DNA of 61,876 bases, the filler included, from Sphacelaria rigidula (taxonomy: Eukaryota), in assembly GCA_964200075.2 (NCBI GenBank). It is 8 parts of 8 records of this genome, joined end to end, with 100 filler letters (N's around TTAATTAATTAA, not from the genome) between each part and the next. Parts side by side here need not be neighbours in the genome. Positions count along the whole stretch, not along the records: positions 46,483 to 54,129 come from CAXNAA020013949.1; positions 54,230 to 61,876 come from CAXNAA020013950.1; 6 more parts are not named here. The stretch is one strand, 5' to 3'. Below, piece after piece: positions 49,351-61,876 of this stretch. The first letter of the stretch is position 1. Each line of letters begins with the position of its first letter. Made by a program: the position numbers and the translations under genes. The notes under the pieces are model-generated. The model was not told the DNA's origin. It was given only the letters and a program-made list of their open reading frames with translations, and did not search any database.

Positions 49351-51570
49351 CTAAAGGATAGAATTCTCAACAGCTTTTGCTAAATACGAATTATTATGAA
49401 CTTTTCCCTAGTCGCCTTGGAGAAGGCAGCCTCAGTACACCTTTGCCCTGAAATGTTCTCACGAACAGAGGCTCGAGCCGTATATGCCAGACTGCAATGC
49501 ACAGTTGCGCAGTAATAACTCAACCCAGATCCAATCACAATAGCAGTTCAAATCTAGATGTTCACAGAAATTAGATCATCTCCTTGTAGTTTACAATACG
49601 AACCAGAGCCAATAGGTTCCCCACGACTATAAAGCTCACTGGTAAAGACTCACTTGGAACTCAGAGCAACGTTGGCAAAAGCTGGTGATGTCATGGGCCC
49701 GCGATAGAGTGAGCTCGGAGGGCTTTGATGGCGCGTACCACCGCACTCAATATCCTCCGCCAGAATTATATCCACACATAGTCATAGTACAATAAAAAAC
49801 CAACGGTAGGTACTCGGCAAGTTACTGGCCAACAGTTCGTCCGAAGCGGCGAAAATTCTACCTTTATCGTATCGTCCCTTCAGTCCAAGGAACGTTCCGG
49901 GAACGCTACTTGTTGTGCACATGAACATTCAATGTCCAATCAACCATGCAACTTGCATCTCATATCGGCTATCGAGAACATTAAATTGGATCTTCCAACA
50001 AGCTGACATCTCTCGATGGCTAATCAAGATTCATATCCAAACGTTGATGTACTCCGAGATATATATGCCCAAAACGCTGCTGTGCCTTATCGACGCTAGT
50101 CCTTCCAAATACTATAACAATAGCCCACTCTGAAGCGTGAGCATGCAGACGCTCGAAGAGCTTCGAAGGCTCACGTTTCACCATCATCTCCCACACCACA
50201 AAAGGGGTAAGATTAAATAAAACAAGGGGCGAAGAAGAATTCCCCTATCACGGCAAACAACGGACTTCCAGCTTCGGCGTAGGATCCATGCGGTTGCGCG
50301 ATCAGCCAGTCTCTGGTACACACAGAGGAGGCGCCTGGCTTTCTAACCACAACCTATAATACAAGCATGTCACCCGGAGGGTCTCACGATCGACATTCTG
50401 GAAACCCGCACAAACCAGGCTATTCCTTAGGCAATGGGAACTGTATTACCCACGGTCGAACGAACATCAAGGGGTAGCGCAACACTCGCGGTAGGATTTC
50501 GCGTTGATCGGTTTCAAGGGGCCCGCCAAGGCATAACGATCAAGAAGACATCACTTTCAACATTGAGTTGGTGCCTGCAAACACTCATACCGGTGGAAAG
50601 ACCAACGAGAAAGCTCGCGGTATAGGATCTAGGAGCGGCAGCAGTAGCCGACTATAGCTCCAGGATCGTGCAACGATAATCGCCGCGCGAGGCGTACTGA
50701 AGAAGCCCGGGGAATCGGCCTTCCGTTTTCGCAAATGTTTGGTTGAGGAGAAGAGACGGGGTGTCTCGGATTCAACGATTCACGAGGGAGTGAAGGTCGT
50801 GGAGACGCAGGAAGAAAAACGAGAAAAACAAAAGAAACGAGAGACAGAAAAAGTATAATTGACACCAACGTGACAATTTGCTGAGGAAGCCCTTGGGGTA
50901 TCGGTCATCCGTTGGCACAAATGTCAAATACACAGCCGGTTACATAAATAAAATTTGCTAAGGAAGCCCTTGGGGTATCGGTCATCCGTTTTCGCAAGTG
51001 GTGGGCTAGAAAGAAGGGACGGGTCATCTCGGGCCCGACAGGCCACTAGAACCGCCTGTGATGGTCGCTTCGGTGACGGTTGGAGAGACGCAGGAGCAAA
51101 AACAAATGAACAAGAGAAGAAGGTGGCTGAGACCCTCACAGCTAGCAAGGAGCAAGTGCAGTGAGTATATCAGCACAGAATGGATGACAGTGGAGGGAAA
51201 GACTACAACGTGGTCTCAGTTCTCCAGAAATGTCGCGCCAAACGAGGACGGAAGGGTGAACTTGCGGGATATTCGCAACTCACAACTCGATACGATGAAC
51301 AAAAACACGTCCTCAACTAATAATTCACCCGGTCACCAATTTCAGGTGGGTTGATGGATGTAAAACCTCAATGTGGGGTCTTCAAAAATATCGTGCGGCG
51401 GGCTATGACAGTGGATCGAGCCAACTGTCGAAACGAAAACAAAACGCTCGTGCCAATGCGCTTGGATCACCTTGTCTGGGGACACAAATGTGTTCGAACA
51501 AGGATCACAGTTCCAGAACCAGATCAACCCGACCTACAATATGCGACGCCTCCAAAACGACATGGAAACG

Positions 51571-51730
51571 CAAACACACACACGCATACACACACATAAG
51601 CATACACGCACACGCATACACATGTATGCGCATACATACACCCACATACATATGCGCAAACACACACCCACATAAGTATGCGCAAACACACACATACAAT
51701 ACACATACACACATACATTCACATATACAC
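51571..51730. repeat. Degenerate (CA)n/(CATA)n microsatellite
   Basis: Direct inspection. Confidence 0.9.
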
Positions 51731-51879
51731 GGCAACAAAAAGGAGGGGGGGGGGGGTTGCGGCCATTGTGTCGAAGCAGGTAGGTGGCGGTGTACGGGGG
51801 AAGTAGGACAGAACGCATCAAGAGTCGTCTTCCTTCCATGAATGGTTGGTATTCCGGAGGATAACGTCGTCTATGTTGC

Positions 51880-53950
51880 CGTCGTCATGACGCTGGAGAT
51901 ACCAGGACCCGCGGCGAGAGGACGACGCTTCAGTGTAGTAAGCATCGTCTAAAATGAGCTTCAGGGGGCCGGGATTATCGAGGAAGCAGATGTAGTAGGA
52001 GTTGCCGGAGTCGGGTGCTGGTGAGTGAATCTTGCCCAGTCACCAGAGGGAGTTCTGTGCCTTGTACCAAAAGTACGCACCCTTCGGTAGACGTTTCCTG
52101 CGAAAAGAAAGCAAGTACTGCGCACGCGAAACAAGACTATAGCCAGCCATGACGGACCGGGCCGAATGCCTCCGGGCCAGCTCCCGTGCCGCCGCGCCCT
52201 TCGGCATAGACCTGTATCTTCGGTTCAACGAACGGTGTTGCGCAACATCGCCTACCCAGTACAACAAAATTTGTCTCCGGAAATGCCGCAAGTCGACTTC
52301 CCGTTCCCACGTGGCCCGCATCAATCCTTTCCAGTGCGTCTGATACATCACTACTATTTTACCACCACGACCGAGGACCAATTGGTGTCCGCTGATATGA
52401 TCGATTACTACGCGTTCCACGGGGGCGTGAATGTCTTCAGCCGTGACATGAAAAGGCGGCAACTTGGTGGCGTGCCTCGTCAATACGTACTGGCTGAGTC
52501 CTAACGGCAATTGTTTGGGCATACCAGTGGTGTCGTGCGGGGCAGTGCAAGGTTTACAGCGCCAGACAAGCGGTTCTTCTGCGGAGGCCCAGCCTCATCC
52601 GTGGGGAAATCGAGATACAAAAGGTTTTTCCCGATGGGTCGATCATCAGGTGCTGTAGCACTTGAACCAACGCCCAAACTTTTCCATAGCCCGGTCCAAT
52701 TGAGGGACAGCTTGGCCTACAACACCTTATCCGGCGAATCCTTACTCGCGCTAGCTCCTTGACTACTTTTCTGTACATCGTTAAACACCCACGCCCATGC
52801 ACCTACCATCCAACGTGATATTGGCACTGATCGCTTTTGCCAAATTGATTTGGTTTTGCTCGCGCACCAAATCATATGCCAACCGCAGACGGTGACTCGA
52901 AAGGTCATGACACCCCCTGATATCCCGGTTGAAACTCTGATGACCGCCCACGTTGCGGCGCTTGAATATGATCAACGGCAGCCGCGGCATGCGACCAATG
53001 TGATTTTCACTTGGTGCAAGGCCGGTGGCGGTGTGAACAGAATTATTGTAGTTCATTTGGGCAAAGAGCAGATGCAGATCCCAACCTGTTTGCCGTTAGT
53101 TTGTGACAGCTGACAGCATTTGCGCTATTGTATGGTTGACACGTTCCGCTGCACCGTTCGTTTGGGGGTGATACGGACTTGTAAAGATGCGATGGGAACC
53201 CAGCAGTGTACTAACCGCAGCAGAAAGTTTGCCAGGAAAGTGTTGGCCGTTGTCGGACAACAATTTCCGGGGAACACCCCATTGTGACATGTAGTTGTAC
53301 ACCGGAAAATTGGCAGTGCCCTCTGCGGAATAGTTGATTTTGGAGACAGCGTGCATGACGGCGTGACGACTGAATCGATCCGTAATCAACAAAATGTACT
53401 TGTTGCCACTCTCCGTGATAGGCAACGGTCCGAAATAGTCCCCAAGAGATAACTTCACGGGGCCCATTGGGGAGCGGCATGGACATGACTGGCCAACCCA
53501 CGGTTTGGCGAGACGTCTTCTTTGCCTGACAGATCAAGCAACGACGTACCCACCACCGGACACATTGCTCGATACCTATACACCGGTAGAATCGTTCGAT
53601 GAACTGGGCTGTACGAATTGTACCCAGATGGGTTGAAACGTTGGAATGACACTCGTGCAGGACCCATGGTCGCATCAGCATTGGCACGTAAATGCGAAGA
53701 GGTTCTTGACCGAGTAAGCGAGCATATCTACCGGTAGGGCGGTCTGACTGAGGTGTCCACGTGAGTTTGCGGACTAGAAGTACAATACCATCATCATCCA
53801 TGTGCATTTTGCTTGAGCGGCCAGCTCAATGACTTTATCCTGTATGGGCGCCCGGCGCCGTCCGACGGGTTGGAGGATATCCGCAGAGGGGAATGGAAGC
53901 GGGCAATTTTGGAACAGGTGAAGTATTGCTGCATGGCACGTAGGCTCGGC
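51880..53950 (-). mobile_element. Decayed Ty3/gypsy retrotransposon 3' pol: integrase plus chromodomain-like module
   Basis: HHCC zinc finger (ECHSNVSTHLG...CLICQ); core DYFGPLP / ITDRFSR / SDNG / YHPQTNGAAERVN; degenerate GPY/F region ~52690; IDHISGHQ...YQTHWKG...ATWERE chromodomain-like. Several frameshifts. Confidence 0.92.
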
Positions 53951-54066
53951 TAGTTGTTCTCGCGCCTTTTCTTGGCGCGGGGGGGGGGGGGGGGGGAGGG
54001 GTGGGTGGGGGGGTTGGTTGGTGGTTTGCGGGGGGGGGGGGGGGTGGGGGTTGGGTGGCCTGGTTT

Positions 54067-54097
<31 letters not shown>

Positions 54098-54129
54098 GCG
54101 TACTCATTTGTTGCTTGCCTCAGTCATTT

Positions 54130-54229
54130 NNNNNNNNNNNNNNNNNNNNNNNNNNNNNNNNNNNNNNNNNNNNTTAATTAATTAANNNNNNNNNNNNNNN
54201 NNNNNNNNNNNNNNNNNNNNNNNNNNNNN
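54130..54229. other. Artificial scaffold spacer
   Basis: 44 N + TTAATTAATTAA + 44 N. Confidence 0.99.
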
Positions 54230-54502
54230 CGCCCATGCTTCTGGCTTCTGTTCGTACGTGAACCTCACCCAAATGTTGAACCTCAAAAACGAATCCAGGC
54301 TGTTAAAGGGTGTTCAAAGGTGGAAGACAACATCCGCATCCAGCACTTCTGACGTGATCCGGGCAGGGAGGGTAAAGGATAAAAAAAAGAGGAGCATACA
54401 TGCCCATGTGGCGGGTGCCTGTCCGTGTTTTTCGGGGGTTGGTATGTATCTGTCGCGCTTTCTTGCCGTGTATTCCGTTCACCAGCACGAAGATGTTGAT
54501 GA

Positions 54503-54606
54503 CTTGACCATGAGGGTAGACGATCTGTTGAATCTGCATCATTCGTCTTATTTGTCTGGTGTACATAATGCCGATTCAACAGATCGTCTACCGTCGTGGT
54601 CAAAGG
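54503..54606. mobile_element. Palindromic variant of the ~100-bp piggyBac-like MITE
   Basis: ttgaccatgagggtagacgatctgttgaatc / gattcaacagatcgtctaccgtcgtggtcaa. Confidence 0.6.
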
Positions 54607-57414
54607 TCAATCCGACGACCACTCGAAGAACTGCCACACCTTCGAACCTGGTTGCCTGTACATCTGGCGGAGCAATATTGCTAGAGTTCATTTGCCAGCT
54701 TGATTGTCAACCACCACTGCAAGAACCACGGTATATTGATTGAAGTTCGGCAAATCTGGCGGATAAAGATATCGTTTTCTCCCGTTTTGTCAAGTTAGGA
54801 CGCTGTACCACTAGATTCGAAGCCACTCTACTCCATTTTACAGTGAGGGAACTACTCACTTGACCTGACTTGACGACAAAATCCGGCATGTATTTGCATA
54901 ATGTGTGCAACCATGCTCGGATAAGTACGACTGTGTCTTCCACAGGTATCTTCGACACTCGGGCTACTACACACCTAGTCCTACACCACCCTCGCCCGAG
55001 GGTTCACGGCCTGCAGCTTTCGTTGGGGTGAGGGCTAGGGTCAGCGTTGGGGACAATCATTTTCCCCATGAATTTGAAAATCGAGCTCGGATTCGTTTCA
55101 CCACATTCCCATTTCTTGTATTTCTTCTCCGACTCAAATTGTAAACGAAGGTCGAGGGTCGAGGAGAAGCGATTTTGGTTTCGTCACAAATTTTCGAGTC
55201 AAAGCTGGGGATCGGGATATTTGGTGCCACCACTCTCGGGGCGTTTTTCGAGGTCCACAAGCATCATATACCCGGGATCAAAGGCGCTTCGCCGGAGGGA
55301 GCTAACGCCCTTTCCGCCTCGCGCAGGGTAGGGGAGACAAAAATCATTAAAGGTGGGAGAGATATGGAGTCTGTGTCCAAGACTTCTGTAGTGATTGGGA
55401 TACGGAGGAAACCAACATGAAGCGAAACACGACTGTATGGCGGGTGTCTATAATTTCAGAGATGGCTGTGTCCGTGTTGTGCCGCCTTCTCGCGTCTCTG
55501 CTGCAACGGCACAGAGATGTTTGACGGACGACCACGGCAAGACGCATCACGCCGAAGAAGCTGTCTGTAGATCTGGCCGGAGGAGGTATCAAGTGCCCCA
55601 CGTCATGTATTTTCATATGGGTATATTACGTACTGAATTACCACCGACCCCTGCAGGAATCACCACATCTAAACGAAAAACACACTACCCTTCACCCGTG
55701 GCAGGGAGTGACAATAGCTCAACAATACCTTCACTCCTCCCGTCTTCACTGATCTTGAGGAAATATTGGACACATAAGCCGAAAACTACTACGCATTTTC
55801 ACCACTATTGCGCATATCGTGATTTTGCCCTCCAACGCAGTGTGACTGAGAAATGCATTCAATCAATCGCCACAAAGTATCCACCTCGGCTCTTCTTTCG
55901 AGGCTTCTCTTTTGTACTTTGATTGAAACCGCCTTTTCCTGACAGGGGGAGGTTCAGTTCGCCCACGTGTAGCGGATATGAACGATGCGCAGACCGTCGA
56001 GAGGGGGAGCTTAGGTCGCTAATGCACTCGTGCATCCATTCACCGTGGACACCCTGCCGCCGTCGATTCCCTCGGAGCGTTTGAACGGGGAAACCGTGCT
56101 ACAGTAGGCTTCCTCCCCCCGCGCACATCTTGACTTGGAGGACCGTGGTCGTCCTGCCCCCCGTCGATAACACTATGGTAGTGTTCAAGCACCCTCCCCA
56201 TGCCCAGCGTCGCGCGCATAAGGTCCTGCGTTGGGTGCAGATCCTGCATAGAGGTTCACTGTCGGGGTACAGCACGTTGGCGGCGTAAAGGTGAGTTGTG
56301 ATGAAAGGGCCTCGAGGTGCACCGTCGGATGCGTCCCGTACGTGCGGTAGCGCCACTATTGCCAACACCAGCTTGCCCAACCTCGTCCGATCAAAAGGAC
56401 TTGGTGCTGACATTTGTCTCGTGCCTTGTGCAGCAGAACACTGTCGTCCCTGTAACCCTGCCGGCAAGAAGCATATTTGCAAGATAATGCGCGGGTTTGA
56501 CATGTCATCAAGTCGAACACAATGCGGTACGTTTTAGTAACAAGGCAAAACGCGACTACAGGCTGCCCGATTTTTATTGAACGACTCACTGGTTTGCGGC
56601 GCGTCAGCTCATTACCTACGACATCAGGCGTGGTCACGAGATTTGCGTACCCAAGGTAGAAAAAACGGGAATATTCGCTAAAGGAAGCTAGAAAAGTGCG
56701 TTGTCCTGTCGCAGTCATTGCAAGTGTCACCCAGTATGTAATGCCAGCGCAAATGTATGTGGAATATTCAACATACACTATATCCCGCACGAAGGAATTG
56801 GATCATTAGTAAACTCGTCAGGTGTTGTCCCTAGAGGTTCGAATCCCTTTCCTCCTAGCTTCAGTGGAGTAGCCGGCTAACACTGCTGAAGCTAGGCGGG
56901 TGCTGTGATTATGACCTCTGTATGACCCGACCCGCTTACCAATAATAATAACCCCAGGCACCTCGAGCGATGTATACCGGCGCCGGTCGTGTGTCGCAGA
57001 CATGTTCGGTATCGCGCAAGTGATAGCTCCGGATAACATGAAGTTTCCAACAGACATCAAGTGTGTAGACCGCCCTGCGTACCAACTGATACTATATATT
57101 ACAGAGAGACAAACACAACCATACAGCACCTCAAGCAATCTCACCGGAGACCAAACCGTCTTCGCAAGGTCTCAACACACCACAGAATGATGATGGCTAC
57201 AGCACATATGAGAGCGGACGCAAGTTTGTTCGTGTTGCAGTACAGTGAAACAGCACATGTCCCATGTTTCAGTTATTCGGCTGATTTTAAACGGGTCCTC
57301 AGTGTTTGCCGGGTGCCGATCTTCAACGCTCGGCCATAATCGCGCTCTGCGCAAATAATTTGATTCACTGCAAAACCATCCCCATGTATGGGCCCTGTGC
57401 CGAATAATTGACTA

Positions 57415-59410
57415 TTCCGGGCTGCCTCCAGATCATTTTGGACCTTGATAGCCCTACACATCACAGAACATGTAGGGAACGATAAAACCGTGGCGTTTGT
57501 ATTTGTGGGGAAAATAGGGAATGTGCAGTATGTTGCAGGTCATTGAAACACAAACAAAGCGAAATATCAGAACAGAGCAAGCGCATCAGCCGCAGCCAGG
57601 CTAGTATAGCGTGGACACAAGTTGAACTAAAACGCACATGTACAGTACTACGAGCTGGGCCAACAGTAAATTCCGCATTCGCATTCCACACGACAACTTC
57701 TCGAGTTTTCCAGAATTGTCCAATTTGAGCATATTGGGGTGAACTGCAGACCAATGTGGGGTCGCACGGCTCCGCCGCTGGTCGATTGGTGCAGTTTTGG
57801 CCATGATGCAATTGTACTGCATTGAGTACCGGGTACGTCTCATGTCGTTGCATGATAGCGAGTCTGGAGACATTTCGTTTAACAAAATGCGGTGGAATTA
57901 CGATAGACAGCTGCGCCGCACAGGCACACGAACACCCGGTACGTGCAGGCTAAAGCACACTGGTAATGCTGCAAGATGACATCAAGCTCGTCAACAGCTC
58001 CACCATTGGAGAGGACTTCCGAGCCGACTGTCAATATTACCGTGAGAGGGAGAGGTACTACTTGGAACTGCGCTTTACTCCTCCAAAACACAAGACCGTC
58101 ATCAAAATATCGAGACCCTCTGCAACTCGGGAGGAAGCAGATATCATGTACGATTAGAGTATGCACAAAAAAAGCGATCGTGTCGGGATTTGAACTCGTG
58201 ACCGGTGTAATTGTCGGCTGCTATCAGTTTGTCCCCCGGGGCGCAGCCGTGTCACACGAGAAGTGCCCGGCTTCGCCAAATTTCCAGGAATTTTCGGCCG
58301 AAATTTTACCAGAATCCCCTGCACGCAAGTACGCACAACTTTCGTGGGGATGCCGCCGTTTTCGTTTACTTTCACGAAGTTGTAGCATTTTTTTTCCAGT
58401 CTTACTGAAACTTCATATCGCTTTCATTTTTTTTCTGGCATTCCAAAAAACAATGTGCGTGTTGATTATAAAAATGTTGTGTCAGTTTTTCAGCGCCTAA
58501 CTCATCGAATTACCCTCAGCCGCGCCCGGAAACATTCAAAAATCACCATCAGCTGGCCCAGCTCGTACACACTGATCCTTCCTCCAGGCGCAAAGGACGG
58601 CCAATCGCAAAGATGGGGTGACTCTCACGTTCTATTCGCCACCTGTGTTCGTACGCTCTTGATGCTGTGCTGTTTTCCGAGGTGCGTCGTGGCGCTCAAC
58701 GTGTGCTTCCTCGATATCTCCATCTTCTCATGGTCTGACATGAGAAGAACTGTTCCCTCTCAAGCGGCTTTGCCTTATCGCCGTAACTCCATTCCTCTTC
58801 TGATTGAGTGTCCAACCTCACGCCCCAAAAATGAATGCTTGCGGCACTCCTTATCGGCCTGACACGAGAAGAACTGTTTGTTATCATTCATTTTGGGGTG
58901 TGAGGTTGGACGCTAAACCAGAAGAGGAATGGAGGTACGACAATAAGGGGAAGTCGGTTGAGAGGGAACAGTTCTTCTCGTGTCAGCCCGATGAGGAGTC
59001 CCCCAATAGACGGAGAATGATGGAGATATCGAGCAAGTAGACGTCAAGCACCACGACACGCCTCGAGAAACAGCACAGCACCAAGAGCTCACGAACACAG
59101 GTGGCGAATAGAACGTGAGAGTCACGCCATCTTTGTGATTGGTAGTTCTTCGCGCCTGGAGGAAGGGTCAGTGTGTAGTACTGTACATGTGCGCTTTAGT
59201 CCAATTTGTGTCCACGCTATATTAGCCTGGCCGCGGCTGATGCGCTTGCTCTGTTCTGATATCTCGCTGTGTTCGCGTTTCGATGACCTGCATCATACTA
59301 CACATGACCCGTTTCCCCACGAATACAAACGCCACGGTTTAATCGTTTACTGTACGTTCTGTGATGTGTAGGGCTATCGAGGTCCAGAATGATCTGGAGG
59401 CAGCATGGAA
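57415..59410. mobile_element. Foldback element (~500-bp arms) carrying a nested insertion
   Basis: 57421-57650 plus 58568-58837 form an imperfect reverse complement of 58885-59404. Confidence 0.85.
57651..58565 (+). mobile_element. Tc1/mariner-like non-autonomous element (915 bp) with TA TSD
   Basis: TA|CGAGCTGGGCCA ... TGGCCCAGCTCG|TA; the opposite foldback arm has a single TA at the matching position; tRNA-like cassette on minus at 58167-58240. Confidence 0.88.
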
Positions 59411-61535
59411 AAAGGCAAATATTCCACAGGTCATGAGCTACCTGAAATAGCTAATCGAAGAGAACTCCCAGATCCATTGTACAACACACAAAAAGCGCGA
59501 CAGCAATGTCCGAGAAGCCAAAGCGTTACCTTCCCGCTACACCGCGTGCTCGGCGTCCATCGCTGTTGGAAACCGATACAGGAATAACGGCCAAATGAGC
59601 TAGCTCGTGATCCGGATCAGTACTCTAATAACAAGTTATATCTAGGTAGCTCATCAGCTGTCTGACGTGCGATTTTATAATTTATATTCCGGACAAATCC
59701 CCGAAGATAAGATACTTGGCGATCAGTTTCGTCAAAACATTTCCCATTGACGCGGCTTCCCCTTTCAACCTCAGGGAGCACGCTGCCATTTGCGAGTTCC
59801 TCTCACTCGTGCGCAAGAATTTCCGCGTCAGCGCCCTGAGCAACAAAGCGGTAAGCTATGTACCTTGGTTAGTGATGTGGGTGTTTGGTCATTTTTTTCT
59901 TGCAATCTTGAAATCCCAGCGCGTTAGCTTTGTTGCCTGTAGCAAGTCGAGAGGGGGCTGTCTGTGCGAGCGGAATCTGCGTATACCCTGGACGAGAGAA
60001 CATGAAATAGAACATTGCCGCCGTAATAGCCCCCGAAAAATAGTTGACAGTGACCACCGCCGGCCACAATAGACGCCGCCAGCTATCTTTGGATAGACCT
60101 TGTTGTCAACAATACATATGGGGTGAGCGTCACAATACATCGTTGCGGCGACGATGGAGCGGTGGACTTCGTCACCGATTGTCATTGTTCAAAACAATAT
60201 ATCCCCGAAAAGCAATTGCGACAGGCATTTGTCCCAACAATGGTCTACTGAACCCTTTTGTCGGTAGCCATTTTCGCCGACATTGGATACTAGCCATTGA
60301 CTATCAATGCCTATCCCGACTCACGATAAACTGACAAAGTAGATTGTAGAGAGTCATCGCCGTCAGCAACAGACCGGCGGAGTCGACTGCCGATAACCAT
60401 TGTCGTCAACAACAGGCTGTCGGAGTCGACCGTCGATAGCCACTGCTACTGAGGATGCATTACACCCTGCACAGCTCGTGACAATACAACTTACAGTAGA
60501 CAGTAAACTATATCCCTACACTAGGAATGAGCTTCGATATCATTTCGCAGCAGAGCTTGGGTATACGATTTCCGAAGAAGTGGACGTCGCACACCCATCT
60601 CCCCCTTCTTCACCCCTACCCCCGGAGACCCGAAATTCATTATTTTATTTCGTATGCATTTTTCGTTCTCTGTTTTTGCTCCCCTCTTCACTCGGGTTCT
60701 ATTTTATTTGAAATATTTCATTTCCATTTTGTACACGTACTTGTGTAATACAACTGCGTTGTTCTTACCGTGATTATTTTGTTATCTGGCGGCCTGAACT
60801 GATCAACAGGATTGTTCCTTACTTGCACACTGGTCGATACGTCACAGGTGTGTTACGAACCTTAAAGGTGTTGCAAGATATCACGACGTGCGGGTCTGCT
60901 CGTAGAGAGTGATGGGGTTGGGCCGTGTGTACGGCAAGCATGCCTTACTGGCAAGACAAGAGGGCCACGCGAAAGGCTTGATAATCAAGCGGTATAGCAG
61001 ATCAATTCTGCAGCGTATCAATAACACTGGCAGTGTTCCTATGTTTCATGTGTCCGAAGGTACCAGAGTTTCACGCGCAGGTATGATAATAGTGTATCTC
61101 CTCTTGATTACGTAATTATTGATTTCCTGAGGACTCTCAGTACTCAATCTCTCTAGCTCAAACAATCAGTCTACCGTGATGTGACAGTTCCTTGCCGGGC
61201 ATGAGACGTAGTGAGTTGAGCAAGGCTCAGCTCGCTCTTCTATCCCTGCTATATACAAGTTCACAATCGTATCTGGCCAACTCTAGACAGACCTGCAGTC
61301 TTAAAAATAACCTGGAATCATCGACGGGTCTGAGGCGGCATGACAACAGGCTAATGTGCTCCTAATGACACTAACCCACCCGGACGGACCTTTATTACAG
61401 CTGCGAGGATTTATCCTCAAAAGCAGCAAAAACTAAGGTTTTCTTTACTCGTCAAGTCATGAGCGGCTTATAAGGCACACTTACGGAAACACAACTGTAC
61501 CCACTCCCCCACCTCAAAAATGTGGAAAACATATA

Positions 61536-61876
61536 CGGGCTGGGTCGGCCATCAGTGATTTTTAAACGAAAAGTGGAGATGTTTTTGGCAATTTGAAGAG
61601 TTAGGCGCTGAAATTTTGACATTATTATCATCAATCTACGCAACCCTGTGAGGGGTGCAGAGGAAGCAAAAAAACGGAAGTAAAGCGAGTTGAAGTTTCA
61701 GCAAAGACAGGAAAAATGCTATCACTTCCTCAAAAATTGATAAAAATGATGACAACGCTGCGGCACATACGGGCACTCGCGTCAACCACATCCTTGTAGA
61801 TTTTCAGCCAAAACTACGTGAAATTGGGCTTCGCGTCGCACTTTTTGTGTGACCCCGGTGGTCAAACTGATACAAC
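61536..61876 (-). mobile_element. CGAGCTGGGCC-family element in reverse orientation, cut by the window end
   Basis: TA|CGGGCTGGGTCGGCC end; reverse-complement match to ~9535-10078. Confidence 0.75.

Noticed and set aside
50875..50990. 39-bp direct repeat pair with a 38-bp spacer (CRISPR-like dimensions)
   Set aside because: Only two units, part of a longer degenerate tandem duplication (~50700-51120) near a gypsy relic; eukaryotic DNA with no cas genes.
53835..54129. Poly-Pro / poly-Gly ORFs (also 34..255 and 38086..38508)
   Set aside because: Translations of G/C homopolymers and low-quality sequence at scaffold ends or gaps.
55400..57090. Possible minus-strand exons on the last scaffold
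   Set aside because: Splice sites are only moderate and the products are unrecognisable without RNA data.

Overview
Eukaryotic genomic DNA, not prokaryotic. The window is an artificial concatenation of eight unrelated scaffolds, each exactly 7,647 bp, joined by seven 100-bp spacers (44 N + TTAATTAATTAA + 44 N), so nothing should be inferred across spacers. Short exons, multi-kb introns full of MITEs and the repeat types suggest a stramenopile such as a brown alga (inference). Almost all ORF-track entries are spurious. Genes recovered by manual splicing: a complete 3-exon mitochondrial ATP synthase F1 epsilon gene (minus, 914-3493), head-to-head with the probable first exon of a secreted CxxC/saposin-like protein (3779-3940); the first two coding exons of CNOT1/NOT1 (41368-41460, 45377-45493); and a few isolated candidate exons. 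Mobile DNA dominates: a decayed Ty1/copia element, a decayed Ty3/gypsy integrase with a chromodomain-like tail, a LINE RT fragment, tRNA-derived SINEs, ~100-bp TTAA piggyBac-like MITEs, a hAT-like MITE and several long inverted-repeat elements. Two signals are the most unusual. (1) A TA-flanked Tc1/mariner-type family with TIR CGAGCTGGGCCA carries an internal antisense tRNA-like Pol III cassette in five copies. (2) A retroposon 3' end repeatedly sits inside poly(C)/C-rich tracts, suggesting C-tract-targeted insertion. No CRISPR array, rRNA or intact tRNA gene was found.
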